A DNA stretch of 64,000 nucleotides. Origin: Oceanispirochaeta sp. Lineage in GTDB: Bacteria > Spirochaetota > Spirochaetia > DSM-2461. Under the pieces are notes generated by a model that saw only the letters and a list, made by a program, of their open reading frames with translations, made no database searches and had not been told where the DNA came from. Positions 41,623-51,900 of the stretch are shown one piece after another. Location of the stretch: contig CAXXOA010000002.1 of assembly GCA_963666275.2 (NCBI GenBank), positions 704,001-768,000 of the forward strand. Reading direction: 5' to 3'. The position numbers and the translations under genes were made by a program. Position 1 is the stretch's first letter. Each line of letters opens with the position of its first letter.

Positions 41623-41746
41623 AAGGGGAAAATAGTCTAATTATTGGTCTTTGACAACGTTTTTGTACATAAAATAGATTTAATTATACATATCTCTTCA
41701 GAGGATGAGTCGGGTATAGTCAGGGATAGATAATCAGGAGGATAAA

Positions 41747-43387
41747 ATGTCTTCAAATACAAAATTTTATTTAATTGCCAACGGTGACCTCAGAGAGTCC
41801 GCAAATATTGCCGGATGGCCCGAGCAGAGTAAACTGGAAGCTGATCTGATAGGGATTTTCAAATCCAGAAATATTGATGTGGTAAGAGCACATCCCGTAA
41901 GCGGTGGACATGGTTTCATAAGCAGCCAGTCCATGGGTAACGAAGTGATCATGGCTATTCCGGAAGGTGCCACTGTGATCAGTGCTCATGCTGTATGGCA
42001 GTACAGCCACCATGTCCTGGGAGCTCTTGTTCAGAGAAGCGATCTGAAAGTGCTGACCATTGCCAACTTTGACGGAACCTGGCCCGGGCTTGTCGGCCTG
42101 GCCAACCTGAATGCCTGTCTTGTGAAACACAACAGGGAGTTCTCAACAATCTGGGCGGAAGATCTGAATTCCGACGAGGCTCTGGCAAGAATCGATGAAT
42201 TCCTGAATACCGGGAAGGTTGTCTATTCCAGCGCTCATATTCACCCCTTTGATCCCTCCGGAGCTGATCAGGAACTTGTAAAAATCGGCCGGGAAGAGGC
42301 AGACAAAGTCAGAACTCAGCGCCGCATTATGGGTTACTTTGACGAGATGTGTATGGGAATGGAGAATGCCATTATCCCCAACTCTCTCCTTTATCCCCTG
42401 GGAATCGGAAAAGAGAACCTGAGTCAGTCCGCTCTCTTTGCGGAGATGACGACCATTGATGACGCGGAAGGGGCAGAAGTGATTCAGTGGCTCCGCGACA
42501 AAGGGATGCAGTTCAAAGTCGGAACAGACGGTACGAAAGAACTGACAGAACAGCAGCTTACCGAGCAGGGTAAAATGTACATTGCCGCTGCCAGAATTGC
42601 AGATCGTTTCGGTTGCGATGTGATCGGTATCCAGTACCAGCAGGGACTGAAGGATATCGCTCCCGCCTCTGACCTGGTGGAAGGTCTGCTGAATAACCCG
42701 GACCGTCCCCCCGTCAAAGATACCGAGGGCAATATCATCCGGGACGGTCAGGCCATTCCCTGTTTCAACGAAGTAGACGGCGGATGCGCTGTAGACTTGA
42801 TCCTTTCCCATGAGATCTGGAACCGTTTCGGTGAAGATCCCTCAGCCAACCAGGAGGATATCCGCTGGGCCCGTCAGTACACAGGTAAAGCAGTTACCAC
42901 TGAGGGAGAAGTGGAATACAGCAATGAAGATATCTGGGTGGAACTCCTTTCAGGATCCTCTCCTGCCAGCCACTTTGAAAGGGGTTATGCCGACGCCATT
43001 GGTTTCAGACAGAACCCTGTGTTCTTTCCCTACGGCGGAGCTACCCTTTCGGGAGTCGGGAAAGCCGGAGAAGTTGTTATCAGCCGTGTCTATATTGCCC
43101 GCAACGGAAAGCTTTCCATGAATATCATGAGAGGAAAAACCGTGACTCTGCCGGCAGAGGAAACTCAGGACCGTCTGGATAAAACTGATCCCAGCTGGCC
43201 TATCAAGCATCTGATCAGATACGGTGTGGACAGGGATGCCATGCTGGGTCATCCGTCCAACCATGAGACTATCCTGTACGCTTCCTCTAAAGAAGCGGCG
43301 GATAAACTGGCTCTGGCAAAAGCTGCCATGGCCAAAGAGCTGGGACTGGATGTATTCCTCTGGGGAGATCTGGGAGAGCTGGTTTAA
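41747..43387 (+). CDS. L-fucose/L-arabinose isomerase-family protein
   Basis: WQYSHH, WPGLVG, IGIQYQQG, CFNEVD, SNH; RBS AGGAGG. Confidence 0.75.
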   Translation: MSSNTKFYLIANGDLRESANIAGWPEQSKLEADLIGIFKSRNIDVVRAHPVSGGHGFISSQSMGNEVIMAIPEGATVISAHAVWQYSHHVLGALVQRSDLKVLTIANFDGTWPGLVGLANLNACLVKHNREFSTIWAEDLNSDEALARIDEFLNTGKVVYSSAHIHPFDPSGADQELVKIGREEADKVRTQRRIMGYFDEMCMGMENAIIPNSLLYPLGIGKENLSQSALFAEMTTIDDAEGAEVIQWLRDKGMQFKVGTDGTKELTEQQLTEQGKMYIAAARIADRFGCDVIGIQYQQGLKDIAPASDLVEGLLNNPDRPPVKDTEGNIIRDGQAIPCFNEVDGGCAVDLILSHEIWNRFGEDPSANQEDIRWARQYTGKAVTTEGEVEYSNEDIWVELLSGSSPASHFERGYADAIGFRQNPVFFPYGGATLSGVGKAGEVVISRVYIARNGKLSMNIMRGKTVTLPAEETQDRLDKTDPSWPIKHLIRYGVDRDAMLGHPSNHETILYASSKEAADKLALAKAAMAKELGLDVFLWGDLGELV

Positions 43388-43439
43388 ACTGATAAAAGAA
43401 TTAACGCCTTTTTTCATTTAGAGCTATAGATTATGTGTA

Positions 43440-43465
43440 AAAGCACCTCTTTCGGGAGGTGCTTT
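43440..43465 (+). terminator. Terminator hairpin
   Basis: AAAGCACCTC-TTTCGG-GAGGTGCTTT. Confidence 0.7.
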
Positions 43466-43612
43466 GCTTATACAGGAAAAAGCTTTGAAGCTATTTTTAC
43501 CATATCTGATAGGAATAAGGCATTTCAGGCTTTTCCTGTAAGATGATTTCTCGCATGATAAAGATAGAAATACTTCTGGATGACAGGAAGTTCCTTCTCT
43601 TATATTTAGAGT

Positions 43613-44734
43613 ATGAACAACAGAAGTTACAATGAACTTTTTGCTTCTGAGTATCTCCGGGGAGAAAAAATCCACTGGGAGATCAACTGAATTATTTATC
43701 CTGTTCTCCTTCTTATGAGCATACTTACCTACCTGTTTCAGGATAATAAAACCGCAGGGGCATTCGGTATGGGCCTTGTGGGCATCAACATACTCTATAA
43801 CGGATTTATGTGGTATTTCATCTATAAGAAGAAGCCGGTGAGGATTCTGAGTTACATTATGATGACTCTCAATGTCCTCTCTCTTACCGTATATAACTAT
43901 TTTGATGCCACCTATAATTCGCCGGTCCTGACGGCCACATCCGCTGCTATTCTGATATACCCGATCCTGATGTTTCTGGCTTCTCTCAGAATGGACAGGG
44001 TACTAGTCTGGTTTACCACACTTCTCAGCTGCACCATGATGAATCTTCTCTATTTCAGGTTCTACAGTTCCTTTCATCTGGGAATGGCGGAAACAAAGAT
44101 TTCCGCAGACTGGATCAGTCAGGGATTCAGGACTGTTTTTCTGGTCGTGCTGGGATATCTGATTACGACAGTTCCGGCCAGTATGCGGCGGATACTGGCC
44201 AAACAGGATGAACTGAGAAAGGAAGGTACCCTTCATAAAATGAAGGCTCAGAGGGATCCTCTGACCTCTCTCTATAACAGGTACTTTCTGGAGGAATACT
44301 TTAATAGCAGTGTGGAAAATAATGAGGAGCCGGGCCGTAAATATGCCCTGCTGTATATCGATCTCAATGATTTTAAAATAATGAATGATACCCACGGGCA
44401 TGACTTTGGAGATTTTGTTCTCAAATCGGTTGGAGAAGATCTGAAACGGGCTGTCCGGGACGGGGATATTGTTGCGCGTATCGGCGGAGACGAACTGGTG
44501 GTGCTCTTTCAGCTGGAGTCGAATACGGAAGTTGTAAAGGCTCTGGCCCAGAGGATCTCGGATGCTATTAAAAGACCGCGCACATTTAACGGGATAACCA
44601 TCTCCGTGAAAGCAAGTATCGGCGTTTCCCTCTTTCCTGACCAGGCGGCGGATATGGAGGAATTACTGAAAAGAGCTGATCAGGCCATGTATAAAATCAA
44701 AAAGGAGAAGAAACACGGGGTCGCTTTTGCCTGA
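43613..44734 (+). pseudogene. Membrane diguanylate cyclase with in-frame TGA at codon 26 (intact ORF only from 43715)
   Basis: ATG 43613 is in frame with 43715; TGA at 43688-43690; RDGD I-site and RIGGDEL intact. Confidence 0.6.
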
Positions 44735-44938
44735 TCCATTTTTTTAAGGACCCGTGTTATAATCATTTTGATTGAAAGAGGGATAAAATTCATAATCAAG
44801 GTTTCTCCCATGAGGTGTAGAGGTCTATAGATCGGATTCAGGAATCCATCATAGACACTCTTTCAGGCGAAAAGACAAAATCCTGAAAAATAAATTTTGA
44901 TTGATCATTAAATTCCAATCCGGTAATCTGTTAGTACC

Positions 44939-46024
44939 ATGAAGCTTGTACTGACAGACCGTGAACAAAGGATCATTTCCAGTCTTTACAAAGACATTGC
45001 TGATGAAAGATTGAGCCCGGACAAATTTCTTCATGCCTATCTAAAAAAGGCGGGATCACTCCTTCAGGATGATTTTCATGCGGCTCTGGTGTTTCCCAAT
45101 TCTTTTACCACTGATATTCAATCTATCAATAATAATCCGGAAGATTTTAATGATTTCTATTTTAAACATATGATGGATAAGGATTCTGTACTGAATGCTC
45201 TGATGGAGAATCCGGGCAGGATCAGTTATCTGAGGGATCAGGAAGACCAACAGCATCTTGCCGAGTTTCTTAATGAATGTCATAGAATCCGTCCCACAGG
45301 AGATTACTGCTATATTCCCATACTCTATCACAAACAGCTGATAGGCATGGTGGGCCACACTCTCCCTGAAGGGGAAGACCGGAAGTTCGGCGAAAGGGAG
45401 ACTCAGCTCCTGCAGCTGATTCTTCCCGCTCTGAATGCCGGCATTGTCTCCCATACCATGCAGGAGAAAGTCCGGATACTTTCCGAGTATTCCATGGGAA
45501 ATGCAGAAGATAAACTGGGGTTTCTCTATATCTATGAAGATGGGGAAACGGAAGTTCCCATCAACGGGAATATTGTACTGCTGGAGGAGATATTTCAGTT
45601 TAAGAAGCAAAATAGGCAGAAATTGCTTAAACATCCGGTTATAAACTATCTTGTTAAATCTCTCAAGAATTCCAATAGCCCTGTCATCTGCTGGACGGAA
45701 AAATACGGAAATAAAACCTTTATTTTCCGCATACTGAATAAATCAGGTTCGTTCCGGTTCGGGAAGGAGCTTTTTGCCCTGATCACGATAGAGGAACAGA
45801 AAGGGGTCTACAGTTTTGATAAATTTCAGAAAGAGTACTATCTGACGCCCAGGGAACTGGAAATTTCTCAATACATTATCCGGGGAGTCAGAAACAGGGA
45901 AATTGCCGAATCTCTTTTTATTTCCGAGGCAACAGTCAAAAGGCATTTGTCAAATATTTTTGAGAAAACCGGCTCTCAGAACAGGACCCAGCTGGTTCTG
46001 CAGCTGACAGGCACACAGGAATAA
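44939..46024 (+). CDS. LuxR-family HTH regulator with large N-terminal sensor region
   Basis: LTPRELEI...NREIAESLFISEATVKRHLSNIFEK. Confidence 0.87.
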   Translation: MKLVLTDREQRIISSLYKDIADERLSPDKFLHAYLKKAGSLLQDDFHAALVFPNSFTTDIQSINNNPEDFNDFYFKHMMDKDSVLNALMENPGRISYLRDQEDQQHLAEFLNECHRIRPTGDYCYIPILYHKQLIGMVGHTLPEGEDRKFGERETQLLQLILPALNAGIVSHTMQEKVRILSEYSMGNAEDKLGFLYIYEDGETEVPINGNIVLLEEIFQFKKQNRQKLLKHPVINYLVKSLKNSNSPVICWTEKYGNKTFIFRILNKSGSFRFGKELFALITIEEQKGVYSFDKFQKEYYLTPRELEISQYIIRGVRNREIAESLFISEATVKRHLSNIFEKTGSQNRTQLVLQLTGTQE

Positions 46025-46079
46025 GAAAAATCCATTATATGTGCCGTGTTCTGACACAGGGAAACTGTATATTCAGAGC

Positions 46080-46334
46080 ATGAACCAGGATATAAGCCAT
46101 TTGATTCAGTATTGTATTGAAGATCTCTACAGTTCCGTCCGGCCCGAGTATGAAAGCTGGCAGAGAACAGAATCACCCTATCCTCTGGAAGACCCTCTTG
46201 GATGGCTCTATCTCAGTACCACTGAGGATATCATAAAAAAAAGGATGCTCGACGCGGGGATTGAGCCGGAACTCTTTGACGATATCTACTTCGCCATCTG
46301 CTGGGAGATCAGGGAGCAGGGCATGGCCGGCTGA
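46080..46334 (+). CDS. Small hypothetical protein
   Basis: Acidic 84-aa ORF filling the gap; TATATT 6 nt before ATG 46080. Confidence 0.5.
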   Translation: MNQDISHLIQYCIEDLYSSVRPEYESWQRTESPYPLEDPLGWLYLSTTEDIIKKRMLDAGIEPELFDDIYFAICWEIREQGMAG

Positions 46335-46603
46335 AACCTGAGCTCCTGTCTTCTGAAACTGCATGGGGGGAGATCCGGCCATGGGATCATGACTCCTTTG
46401 GCACCGAAGGTTTCACCCCCTGCCTGTTTTTGTAATTTTTTTTTAATAGATTAAGAGAACATCTTTTTTGAAGTTAAAACAGAACCCATTTTTTTTTAAA
46501 GACCACCGATTCCTCATGTTGTTACGGTTACATTGCTGAGAATCCTTTACATTTTTCTGATTTAGTCAGTAAATGGTGTAGATATAAAGAGGAATTAAAA
46601 AGA

Positions 46604-47764
46604 ATGAAGAGTACAATTTTAATAGTAGATGACGAGCAGTTGATCCGGGAGCTCTTATACGATTTTTTAAGTAAATCCTATAACGTGATTTTATGTGGAA
46701 ACGGCTATGATGCGTTAATGGAAATTGAAAAGAATTCCATTCAGCTGGCCCTTGTTGATATAAATATGCCGGATATGAATGGACTGGATTTCATTCAGAA
46801 AGCCATAAAGATAAAAACTGATATCTCTTATATTGTCATTTCAGGAAACAGCCATATTGATTCCGCCATTGATGCTCTTCATTGTGGTGTATGGGACTTT
46901 ATCAGAAAACCTTTTCATGACCTGAATTCCATCAGAAAAACCATTGATCAGGCACTGTCTCATCAGGAACTTCTCAATGAGAATTTCAAATATAAACAGG
47001 ACCTGGAACAAATGGTTTTAGAGAGGACCAGGGATCTGGAGAGCAGAACTCTCGAACTGGAAGAATCCCGGTCGTCGATCATTGGTATTCTGTCCAGGGC
47101 TGCTGAATATAAGGATTATGAAACAGGTCAGCACTTTGTCAGAGTCGCCTTATATTCTGAGCTCATCGCAAAAGGTCTGAATTTAACCGAAGCCGAAATT
47201 AATGTGATCAAAGAAGCGGCTCCTGTTCATGATATCGGAAAAATAGGCATACCCGAAAGAATTCTTCTGAAGCAGGGCAGACTGACTGATGAAGAATATG
47301 ATGAGATGAAAAATCATTGCCTTTACGGAGAGCAGATTCTCAGCAGCCGAACCTCCCTGTTTAAACCCCAGCGCAGCGATGTCCCTTTTTCGGAAGAAAA
47401 GATCTTTTCCCATACTCTTCTGGATGTGGCCGCAAAGATTGCAAAGTCCCATCATGAAAGATTCGACGGCCAGGGGTATCCCTCGGGGTTGAAGGGCTGT
47501 GAGATTCCTCTGGAAGCCCGGATTGTTGCTGTGGCTGATGTCTATGATGCTCTCGGGACGAATAGAACTTATAAAAATGCATGGACAGAAGAAAAGTGCC
47601 GGGAATATCTGCATACCAACAGCGGAAGTCAGTTTGATCCTGATGTGGTCAAAGCCTTTTTCAGCAATATTGATAAAATAATGGATGTAAAAAAATCCTA
47701 TGTTGATCAGGTATTTACAGGTTCCTCCTATTTGAACAGGGAAATTACCTATACTGTTCTCTGA
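46604..47764 (+). CDS. REC plus HD-GYP c-di-GMP phosphodiesterase (RpfG-like)
   Basis: ILIVDD, DINMP, HDIGKIG, HHERFDGQGYP, ADVYDAL. Confidence 0.92.
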   Translation: MKSTILIVDDEQLIRELLYDFLSKSYNVILCGNGYDALMEIEKNSIQLALVDINMPDMNGLDFIQKAIKIKTDISYIVISGNSHIDSAIDALHCGVWDFIRKPFHDLNSIRKTIDQALSHQELLNENFKYKQDLEQMVLERTRDLESRTLELEESRSSIIGILSRAAEYKDYETGQHFVRVALYSELIAKGLNLTEAEINVIKEAAPVHDIGKIGIPERILLKQGRLTDEEYDEMKNHCLYGEQILSSRTSLFKPQRSDVPFSEEKIFSHTLLDVAAKIAKSHHERFDGQGYPSGLKGCEIPLEARIVAVADVYDALGTNRTYKNAWTEEKCREYLHTNSGSQFDPDVVKAFFSNIDKIMDVKKSYVDQVFTGSSYLNREITYTVL

Positions 47765-47867
47765 TTGTCTCCTGTCCCTGTTTTTCCGGTAGGAAACCCG
47801 GCCGGAACTTTTCTTTTCCTCTCACAGTTCTTTTGCTTTCAAAAAAAGAAATGCTTACACTTTGTGT

Positions 47868-48913
47868 ATGAGTTCTCAGCAGAAAAAACAAACCATCCTT
47901 GTTGTGGATGATATGCCCGACAATATCTCACTTCTCTCGGGTATTCTTTCAAAAGAGTATAGAATCAAAGCCTCCAATAATGGAGCGGATGCCCTGGAGC
48001 TGGCACGAAAGACCCCCCCGGCCTTATCCTGCTGGATGTGATGATGCCCGGGATGGACGGCTACGAGGTCTGCCGGCAGCTGAAATCTGATCCCCGGACA
48101 AAAAATATCCCCGTCATTTTTGTTACGGCCCTGGGAGACATTGAAGATGAGGCTCTGGGGTTTAAGATCGGGGCGGTTGACTATATTACAAAACCGGTGA
48201 GCCCTCCGATTGTATTGTCCCGGGTCAGAACCCACCTTTCTCTTTATGAACAGAATAAAAATCTGGAGGAGATGGTTGCCAAGAGGACTGTCGAGCTGCA
48301 GCATAGCCGATTTGAAATCATACGCCGCCTCGGAATGGCTGCGGAATTCCGGGATAACGAAACAGGACGGCATGTTCTGCGGATTGGATTTATGGCAAAG
48401 ATTCTCGCCCTGGCCATGGGAGTGGAAGAAAGAGAAGCGGATATTTTTTTAAACGCCTCGCCCATGCATGACGTGGGGAAAATTGCCATTGCCGACAGTA
48501 TTCTGCTCAAGCCCGGGCTGCTTTCTCCGGAAGAAAGAAAAATCATGGAAGAGCATGCCATGCTGGGGGCAAAACTGATAGGGCAGCATCATGATGATCT
48601 TCTTGCCGTAGCGGCAACTGCTGCTTTGACCCATCATGAGAAGTGGGACGGTTCAGGATATCCTCAGGGGCTTAAAGGGACGGATATTCCTCTGATAGGC
48701 AGGATTACAGCCATTGCTGATGTTTTTGATGCCCTGACCAGTACAAGACCCTACAAAGAGGCCTGGCCGATCGAGAAGGCTGTGAATCTTATTAAACAGG
48801 AATCGGGGAAGCATTTTGATCCGGAGCTTATTCCTGTCTTTATGGATAATCTGGATAAAATAGTGGAAGTGATTAATCAGAACTCTGATGATGAAGCCGT
48901 GGATATGCTATGA
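47868..48913 (+). pseudogene. REC plus HD-GYP response regulator, frameshifted at C7 tract 48013-48019
   Basis: Frame from ATG 47868 gives MSSQQKKQTILVVDDMPDN...ARKTPP; continuation LILLDVMMP is in another frame; HDVGKI and HHEKWDGSGYP intact. Confidence 0.85.
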
Positions 48914-51900
48914 AATTGCGCAGGGTGTTCCTTGTCGGACTGGTGGCTTCCATGGTGATTTTTATTACTGGGCAGTATTTTATCATTTACTCCATTCTGA
49001 GAAAGGGATTTGAAGAAAGAGAGAGCCTTGAACTCCGGATGGATCTTGAAAGGGCTTCAGAGCTCATTGCATCTCACATCGTTCAGATCGATCTGATGCT
49101 GAAAGACTACGCCACCTGGGATGATACCTGGGAGTTTGCAGATGATCTTAATGCGGAATACAGGGAGGAAAATCTGGACCTGGAGTATTTTTCCGGTATA
49201 TCCCTGATTTCCCTGTTTTTTCTGGATAATCAGAATCGGATTATCTATTCGGATGCTCTGGATATTCCGGAGCTGTCATCAGGGGTCATTAAAGACAAAG
49301 TCGCTGCTGTCACGGATCTTGATTTTCCGCTTGTTGATGAGAGTTTCGGAACTGAAGGCGGGCTTTTCGCCCTGGGAGATTCCGAACTGGGCATTGCTGT
49401 TCGGAGACCGGTTCTGAAAAATTCCGGAGAAGGCCCGCAGAGGGGCTGGATGATTTTTGTAAGCCTTCTGGGGAGAGATCAGCTGAATGCGTATGAAAAA
49501 CTTCTCGGATATTCTCTGAATATCAGGGGACTGCGGCCCGGGGATGAGATGAAGAGCTCCGACAGGGGGATTCTCCTGGAAAGGGAGAGGAACAGTATTA
49601 CCGGTTCGATCCCGATTTCCGGCCTTTCCGGAACTCCGGTGGCTCTGGCCTCGGTTCAGAAATCCCGGGATTTCTATTTCTATGAACTCAGTCTTCTGAG
49701 GAAGTTCTATTCCCGGGTTATCCTTTTTCTGGCGGTCATAGGATTCCTTGTCTACTATTTCCTCAGCCGGAATATTTTCTACAGGATTGAATCCTTCCTC
49801 AACCAGGTGCGTTCTATCACAAGCAGGGGAAATTCCGCAGAGCGGACGACTCTGAAGGGGAATGATGAAATCGGCGAACTCAGTGTTACAGTGAATGCCA
49901 TGCTCGACTCGATAGAAAATACTGTCTCTACAGTAAGGGAAAAGGAGAAGCTTGAAAGTATCCTTGAAACCAGTCCCATCGGTGTGGGGATCTTTGTCGG
50001 TGAGGAAGGGAAATACGTCAACTCCGCCATGAGGGGACTGGGAATCCATCTTGGCATCAATGAGCGTTCTCTCTTTTTCTATCCCGAGCAGCAGAAGGAG
50101 TTTATGGATATCCTCCGGAAAAATGGTTTCTGCCGGAATTTTGAAGCCAAGTATATAACTCCTTCGGGAATCCGGGATGTCCTTGTTTCGGCCTATACCC
50201 TGGAGTATGAGGGCGAGCAGGCTGTAGTGGGCTGGCATGTGGACATCACCAGCAGGAAAGCCATAGAAGATGAGCTGGCTCTGAGCAAACAAAAATATCA
50301 GCACCTCATAGAAGAGCTGGGATCCTATTTTATGATTTACAGCCATCAGGTGGATGGGGAGCTGCTGTTCATCAGCGAAGGCATTTATGCCATGACAGGA
50401 AAAACCCGGGAGGAGGTTCTCGGTCAGTCCTGGCAGGATATATTTGACTGGCAGCCCGGAGCTGTTGAAACCGCTAATGAAAACTTCCGGAGCTTCATGG
50501 AGGGCAGCTGCGATTTCAGGCAGTTTGAAATGGACTTCAGACACCCAGACGGTACCATCCGGACTATCAGGAACTCTGCCCATCCTCTGCGGGATGAGGA
50601 GGGTGAGATCATTTCCTTCGACGGACTGGTAGAAGATATCACCGATCAGAAGAAGATGGAGAGGGAGCTGGAGCAGAGCAGGCTGAAGTACCAGCATCTT
50701 GTAGAAGAACTGGGCAGCAGCTTTCTTATATACAGTCATGCTCTGGACGGTACATTCCTTTTCGGAAGCGAAGGTTTCAAGTCCATTTTCGGAATGGATC
50801 CGGAAGAAATTCTGGGACAGAAATGGATGTTCTTTATCAACTGGCTGCCCGGGGCCATCGAAGCCGCCCAGGAAAGCATTGAAGGTTTTGTCAGTAACCA
50901 GAGTAATAATTTCCATCAGTTTGAAATGGATTTTATCCATCCTGACGGTTCGGAAAGAACCATCCTGGTCTCCAACCATCCTGTCAGAAATAAAGACGGA
51001 AGCATCCTTTCGGTCGATGGGATTGTGGAAGACATCACAGACAAAAAGATTATTGAAAAAGAGCTGGAGGAAAACCGCTTCAAGTATCAGCGTCTTCTGG
51101 AAGATCTGGGCAGCAAGTTCCTGATCTACAGCCATACTCTCGAGGGAGAGTATCTTTTTGCCAGCCAGGGTTTCAAGTCGATTTTTGACCTTGATCAGGA
51201 TCAGCTGAAGGGACGGAACTGGGCCGATTCCATCGACTGGCTTCCTGAATCCATTGAGAAGGCGAATCAGACTGTACAGTATTTTCAGGAGGATCCGGAG
51301 CATAACTTTGCTCAGTTTGAGATGACATTCATTCATTCAGACGGGAGTGAGAGGACTGTCCTGATTTCCAATCATCCTGTAAGGGATGAAAAGGGAAATA
51401 TCCTCAGCATTGACGGACTGGCTGAAGATATTACAGAGAGGAAAAAGGTGGAAAAAGAACTAGCCCAGGCAAAGGAAGCCGCGGAAGAGGCTGCCCGGGT
51501 GAAGGCGGAGTTCCTGGCCAATATGTCTCATGAAATCAGAACTCCCATGAATGCCATCATAGGACTGACCCACCTGGCCAAGCAGACGGATCTGAATGAG
51601 AAGCAGTACGGCTATATCTCCAAAGTCAGCCGATCCGCAGAGAATCTCCTGGGAATCATCAACGATATTCTGGACTTTTCCAAAATTGAAGCGGGAAAAA
51701 TCGAACTGGAGCATATCAGCTTTTATCTGGAGGATGTGTTTGATCACATATCAAATATTCTGGGTTTGAAAGTCGAGGAATCAAATCTTGAACTGATGTT
51801 TGATGTGCCCGGTGAAATCGATACCGCTCTGATAGGAGACCCCTTAAGGCTTGGTCAGGTCCTTCTGAATCTGGGATCCAATGCGGTAAAATTCACCGAA

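Noticed and set aside
43688..43690. TGA as selenocysteine or an alternative genetic code
   Set aside because: Context is a TM-helix start rather than a redox Cys site; no SECIS-like hairpin follows; many genes here end in TGA
46366..46420. GGAGA...GGCACCGAAGG resembling a glycine riboswitch or sigma54 site
   Set aside because: Lacks the GCAA and CTCTCAGG elements and the TTGC at -12; downstream gene is unrelated
49279..51336. 685-aa antisense ORF
   Set aside because: Lies wholly opposite the well-supported hybrid kinase, has no recognisable motifs, and is explained by codon bias and the PAS repeats
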